Assembly: GCF_009914755.1 (NCBI RefSeq)
Contig: NC_060927.1
Strand: one strand, 5' to 3'
DNA from: the human T2T-CHM13v2.0 reference genome, Homo sapiens
DNA: 64,000 bases
Shown: positions 57,690-64,000 of the stretch, one piece after another
Layout: each line of letters begins with the position of its first letter
Position numbering within the stretch: position 1 is the first letter of the stretch
Notes under the pieces: generated by a model
What the model was told of the DNA's origin: nothing
Databases searched by the model: none
What the model saw: only the letters and a program-made list of their open reading frames with translations
Made by a program: the position numbers and the translations under genes

Positions 57690-58910
57690 CAGGAGCCATG
57701 CTGGGTTCTTCCATTTTGCTTATACCTACATTCAACTCATCTGCAAGACAGATAGGCTCTGCCCCCAAAATATATCCCAAAGAGTCCTCCTCCTTTCCAT
57801 CTACTACTTTATCTAACCCACTGTCTTCACTTGCTTGGAGTAGAGTTCTAACCATTCTCCCTATTTCTACTCTGTGCCCCAACATCACATTCTTCTCACA
57901 ACCCTTGGGTAGTCCTTTATAAATATAAATCAGATATTGTCACACCCACCTCTGCTTCAAAACATTCCGTAACTCCCTATTGAACTTACAATAAAATTCA
58001 AACTCCTTTCCATGACCTACACATCTTTCTAACCTATCCTTGCCCTTCTCTCCATCTCATTCCTTTATGAAGATTCCTCTGTCTCATTATGCTTTAACCA
58101 CACCTACTTTATGATCCTCATTTTCTAGTAACTATGAGGAATTAATAGGCTTTAGAAACTTAGTTCTTTGTATGCCCTCTGAGTTAAATATTTTTCACTC
58201 ATCTTTACATAGCTTTCTCCTTTTCATTATTCAGGACTCACCTTAAATGTCAAGTCCATATGGAGGCCCTCCCTGACCATCTGATATGGTCTGGCTGTGT
58301 CCCCACCAAAATCTCATTTTGAATTGTAGCTCCCATAATTCCCACATGTTGTGGGAGGGACACCGTGGGAGATAATTGAATCATGGGGGGCGGTTTCCCC
58401 CCATACTCTTCTCATGGTAGTGAATAAGTCTCATGAGATCTGATGATTTTATAAGGGGTTTCCCCTTTCACTTGGCTCTCATTCTCTCTTGTCTGCCACG
58501 TGTAAGATGTGCCTTTCACCTTCCACCATGATCGTGAGGCCTCCCCACCCACATGGAACTGTGAGTCCATTAAAGCTCTTTTTCTTTATAAATTACCCAG
58601 TCTGGGGTATGTCTTTATCAGCAGCGGGAAAATGGACTAATACACCATCTTATCCAAAACACCACTGCCTATCATTCTGTATAACTTACCCAGTTTCATT
58701 GTCTTCCTAGGTTTTAACCATTATGTGAAAATACTTCGTTTATGTCTCAACCTATTTATCATTTGTCTCTCTCTACCAGAATGTAAGCTCTGTGAGAGCA
58801 GAGATACTGTTTGTCTTCTTACCATGAACCCAGAGCCTAAAAATCATTTTTATAGGCATATCTGAAACACGGTTGGTAGATAATAAATTTTGTCCAATGA
58901 ATGAATGAAA
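57690..58910 (+). mobile_element. L2 fragment split by a THE1 LTR
   Basis: ataaaattcaaactcctt; agaatgtaagctctgtgagagcagag; ends aatgaatgaatgaa. Confidence 0.75.
58282..58644 (+). mobile_element. THE1B/C-type MaLR solo LTR, complete
   Basis: tgatatggtctggctgtgtcccc ... ggactaataca; perfect TSD CCATC (58277-58281, 58645-58649). Confidence 0.95.
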
Positions 58911-59168
58911 ACAGAAAATCATTTAAAGTGATTTTTATGAAACAGGAAAAGCATATGTTAGAGTAGGTTGGCAAGGAGATCCTGAAGTATCTGCACTGAG
59001 AGAGGAATTGAGAGGTTTCACAAAAGAAATAAGTGGGGCCCACTCACTGACAAGAGATAGAGAATTGCAATAAAAGGAGAAAACATCCAAGAAGATTCAT
59101 TCTGTAATCATCAGTGAATGAGCCAAAAATAATGTTTAGAAAAATTCTGGCGGATACATTAGTTATTG

Positions 59169-59220
59169 TGGGATGTTAGTAAGCAGCAAAGGTTGGGATG
59201 TTAGTAAGTAGCAAAGGTTG
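59169..59220. repeat. 25-bp tandem duplication
   Basis: tgggatgttagtaag(c/t)agcaaaggt x2. Confidence 0.93.
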
Positions 59221-59619
59221 CTCTTTTATTGCAGATAATTCTGTGCACAAGTTTGTTTCTTTTTTATCCTGTATATTTTTTGCAATATTATGGTTATTCA
59301 TATTATTGTACATTTATTTGCAGTTGTGGGCCCATAATGAGGTGTGAACTGCTCCCTTTGAGTAAATTAGGTACTTCTGGGAAGTTCCTATCATATCAGT
59401 GGAGCCATCAGGGTACTATTGAGTAAGCAACTATTCCCCCGACCCCCAACCTGTTTCTCCACAGAAGCCTTCCTCATGAACCTCTAGCCTCAGAGAAAAA
59501 TCTTAATAAATCTTCCAACTGTATTTCTCTTTCCCAGCTTCTTTCTATCAGAATAGCTTTTAGCCCCTGTTTTATCTTGAATGATTTGTCTGGAGAATTG
59601 ACTTATTGCATGCCTCAGG

Positions 59620-59760
59620 AACATTTTATGTTCTTAAGAATCAAGGACCCCAAAGAAATTTTGTTTATGGTGTTTAGCCGTCAATACTTGCCATATTAGA
59701 AATGTAAACTGTATGCTTGCAAGAGAATGAGAGTGAAAAACTAAATATTGCTATTAAATA
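59620..59760. mobile_element. Charlie1-like hAT fragment
   Basis: aggaccccaaaga...ttttgtttatg...ccatattagaaat. Confidence 0.6.
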
Positions 59761-60003
59761 ATATTCTTATGAAATATTGTAATACTTTTTAATACTACTT
59801 ATCATTAAAGGATAAATACTATCTTTTAAGAAGAGATTGTAGGCTGAAGGAAGAGTTGTTTGCTGAAGCAAACGAAAAATTGGATCTTCCCTCTTTTTCT
59901 CTTTGTGCCTAACATTTTTATCTTTATTGATCTATACTTTTCATCTTCCCTTTATTTCCTTAAATCATCACTATATGGAGATGAATATAACAGAAATGTA
60001 TTA

Positions 60004-60188
60004 TTTTAAAATGCGTTGTTATAATATGTTATCAGGTTATATTTTCTTTTTTTTTAATTAAAGAAATCTCTGAGACAAGTTGGATCTAATTCTGTTTTTA
60101 AAATGCATTGTTATAGTATGTTATCAGGTTATATTTTCTTTTTTTTTTAATTAAAGAAATCTCTGAGACAAGTTGGATCTAATTCTGT
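60004..60188. repeat. 92/93-bp head-to-tail duplication
   Basis: Units 60004-60095 and 60096-60188 differ by 2 substitutions and one T in a run. Confidence 0.96.
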
Positions 60189-60519
60189 AAGCCAATGTCT
60201 GTGTTAAACAAATTTTGGGTTGAGGTGTTTAAATGATATTTTCTTCTTTGAGTCAGTAATTTTTAGTAATAACAAAAAACAAACAAAAGTTGAGTGTTCA
60301 CTTGCCTCCTTTTAAAACACTTAAGGTCTTTATTTGATATAAATGTTATTTTGGAAATGCAACACATTAAGCTAAATGATTTGGCATGACTCTCTTTAAT
60401 CAATTAATTATATTGTTAGGTCCTGGGGACACAGAATACATAAATTTTGGTTAACAAAAAGAAAAGGAAAAAAAATGCAAAGACAAAGGAGAAAAGCGTA
60501 TAATGAGGATCCTGGGAAG

Positions 60520-61015
<496 letters not shown>

Positions 61016-62172
61016 ATATATTCAACTTACCCATTTTAATATGTGCAGTTATTATAATTATAATTGTTATTGTTACTAAGAAGATAGCCCTTGACAAAGA
61101 ATAAAAGAGTGAAAAGGGTTAGAAGAAAAAAACATTCTATGCCTTATTCACAGTATTCTCTATAGTTGGGTCTGATTAAACATTTAGACTGTTGAAATTT
61201 CTGTATTGCTATTAAAATGAAAGAACTACTTTCCAGATGTTTCCTTCTTTCTGTAAAGTAACATATCTATACATACACAGATATCTATTTATTCTAAAGT
61301 AAAGAAGCTTCTAGTTGAACCCAAGCCCTCCTATAACCACTCTGTTGTTCTCCGTGTAACTTTTGATGCCAATGGCCCTGCCTAGAGGTGGCTCTTACTG
61401 CCTTCCTGTCCTCACCACCTACTCTCTTCTCAACAACCTAGCTTAATTGCTATAACAACAATATCAGTGCTTTTATCACCATCAAACCCTTCTCAAAATG
61501 GGACTACATTTGGAAATATTGGCAAAATAGGGATAAACTCTGGAATCCACAAAGACTTATGTTAAACTCTTTTCCAGTTACTTAATCCAAATTTGCCTCA
61601 CTTCCTTAACTCTAAAGTAGGAATAATCAGGGATGAAGAGTCTGCAACACAGTTCCTGCCACATAATCTCAGACAGTGAATGGTTTATTGTATAATTCAT
61701 TTTATGTGCATTTTGAAATAATTTTTAAAAAACTGAAAAATTTCACTCTCATATTTGAGTATCAAATTTGAAAGTGGTCAAGAATTGTATTGTTTTAAAC
61801 GAGCAGGTGGAGTTAACTGAAAATTGTGTTTGTAGTACTGCCATTTGGCAGCAACATTTTCTGGCAAACAGAAATACAAAATAGACAACATCATCATTCA
61901 TGCTCTACATATATCAGAATTTTCTGAGTAATTTGGTAATAATTGTAGTATCCATTTTTATATTACCAATATTAACAAATTTTAAATTTTATAACAATAT
62001 TGCTCAAGTTCTTCTTAAGTTGTGGTGTGAACACTATTGTCGAAAATATAAAAAAATTTGGAAAGATATTTAGATGTGATTAAAAATAATTTGAAGAGGA
62101 TTTAAAATTCCCACAACATCCTGTGCTATTATTTTAGATGAGGGAATTTTAGAAATGGTGTTAAGAAAAATA

Positions 62173-62613
<441 letters not shown>

Positions 62614-62659
62614 CTAAGCCACGTTGGCTAGGGGATTAATGCATATCAGAAACACAACA

Positions 62660-62915
62660 TTCTGGAACAAGACAAGGATGCCCACTCTCACCACCCTTAT
62701 TCAATGTAGTACTGTAAGTCTTAGCCAGAGCAGTTCATCAAAAGAAAGAAATAAAGGGCATCCAAATGTAAAGGAAGTCAAATCGTCCTGTTTGCAGATG
62801 ACCTAAACTTATATATAGAAACACCTAAAGACTCTAAAAAAAAAAAACAAAACCTCTTAGAACTGATGAATGTAAAGTTGCAGGGTACAGAATTAATACA
62901 CAAAAATCAGCAGCA
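62660..62915 (+). mobile_element. Older L1 ORF2 (RT region) fragment
   Basis: ggaacaagacaaggatgcccactctcacc ([10 protein letters not shown]); tgtttgcagatgac (LFADD). Confidence 0.88.
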
Positions 62916-64000
62916 TTTTTTTTCTGAGATTTTAGTGTACCCATCACCCAAGCAGTGTACTCTGTACCCAATGTGTAGTCTTTTATCCCTCATTCCTCTT
63001 CCAACATTCCCCCGAGCCCCCAAAGCCCATCATATCATTTTTATACTTTGTATCCACATAGCTTAGCTCCCACTTATAAATGAGAACATAAGATATTTGG
63101 TTTTCCACTCCTGAGTTACTGAGTTAATTCACTTAGAATAATGGTCTCCAGCTTCATCCAGGTTACTGTGAATGCCCTTATTTCGTTCCTTCTTATGGTT
63201 GAGTAATATGCCATGATACGTATATACCACATTTTCCTTATCCACTTGTTGGTCGATGGGCATTTATTCTGGCTTCATATTTTTGCAGTTGCGTACTGTG
63301 TTGCTATAAACATGCATGTGCAAATGTCTTTTTCAGATAATGACTTCTTTTCCTCTGGGTAGATACCCAGTGGTAGGATTGCTGGGTAAATTGGAGTTCT
63401 TTAAGGAATCTCCATACTGTTTTCTACAGTGGTTGTACTAGTTTGCATTTCCACTAGCAGTGTAAAAGTGTTCCCTTTTCACGAAATCCATGCCAACATC
63501 TATTATTTTTGATTTTTAAATTATGGTCGTTTTTGCAAGAGTAACGTTTTGTGGTTTTGATTTACGTCTCCCTGATAATTTGTGATATCGAGCATTTTTT
63601 CCATGTTGGTTGGCCATTTGTATATCTTCTTTTGAGAATTGTCTATTCATGTCTTTTGCCCAATTTCTGATGGGATTATTTGATTGTTGTTGCTGATTTG
63701 TTTGAGTTCATTGTAGATTCTGGATATTAGTCCGTTGTCAGATGCATAGTTTGCAAATATTTTCTCCCATTCTGTGGGTTGTCTATTTACTCTGCTGATT
63801 CTTTCTTTGCTGTGCAAAAGCTTTCAGTTTAATTAGGTCTCTTCTATTGGTTTTTGTTTTGGTTGCATTTGCTTTTGGGTTCTTGGTCATGAACTCTTTT
63901 GCTGAGCCAATGTCTAGAAGAGTTTTTCAAAGCTATCTTCAAGAATTTTTATGGTTTCACGTCTCAGATTCAAATCTATGGTCCATCTTGAGTTGATTTT
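62916..64000 (-). mobile_element. L1PB-like LINE-1, continues beyond the window
   Basis: tttctgagatttt...catcaccc...gcttagctcccacttata; gggtagatacccagt; ctcccattctgtgggttgtct. Confidence 0.92.

Overview
AT-rich, CpG-poor primate genomic DNA, probably human or another hominoid (AluS, L1PA2/3-L1PB, MaLR/ERV-L, MIR, L2 and hAT relics). I recognise no cellular protein-coding exon. Nearly all long ORFs are retroelement debris or chance. The main feature is a near-complete but inactivated HERV-L provirus (750-7091). It has MLT2A2-type LTRs, a perfect TAGTC target-site duplication (TSD), a tRNA-Leu PBS, gag/pro/RT/RNaseH/IN/dUTPase remnants and no env. Three independent L1PA insertions follow within 3.3 kb. 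The most unusual observations are: (i) three templated-insertion scars inside the provirus; (ii) a 3' LTR that lost its poly(A) signal and splice donor but kept promoter motifs; (iii) a closely spaced inverted L1 pair whose inner arm and poly(A) tail are missing; (iv) an ancient tRNA-like relic near 45.7 kb; and (v) several transcription-factor motif clusters and candidate noncoding exons. I cannot support a claim of a new biological system. Subfamily names come from recalled consensus sequences and need RepeatMasker/Dfam confirmation. Boundaries of old repeats are approximate.
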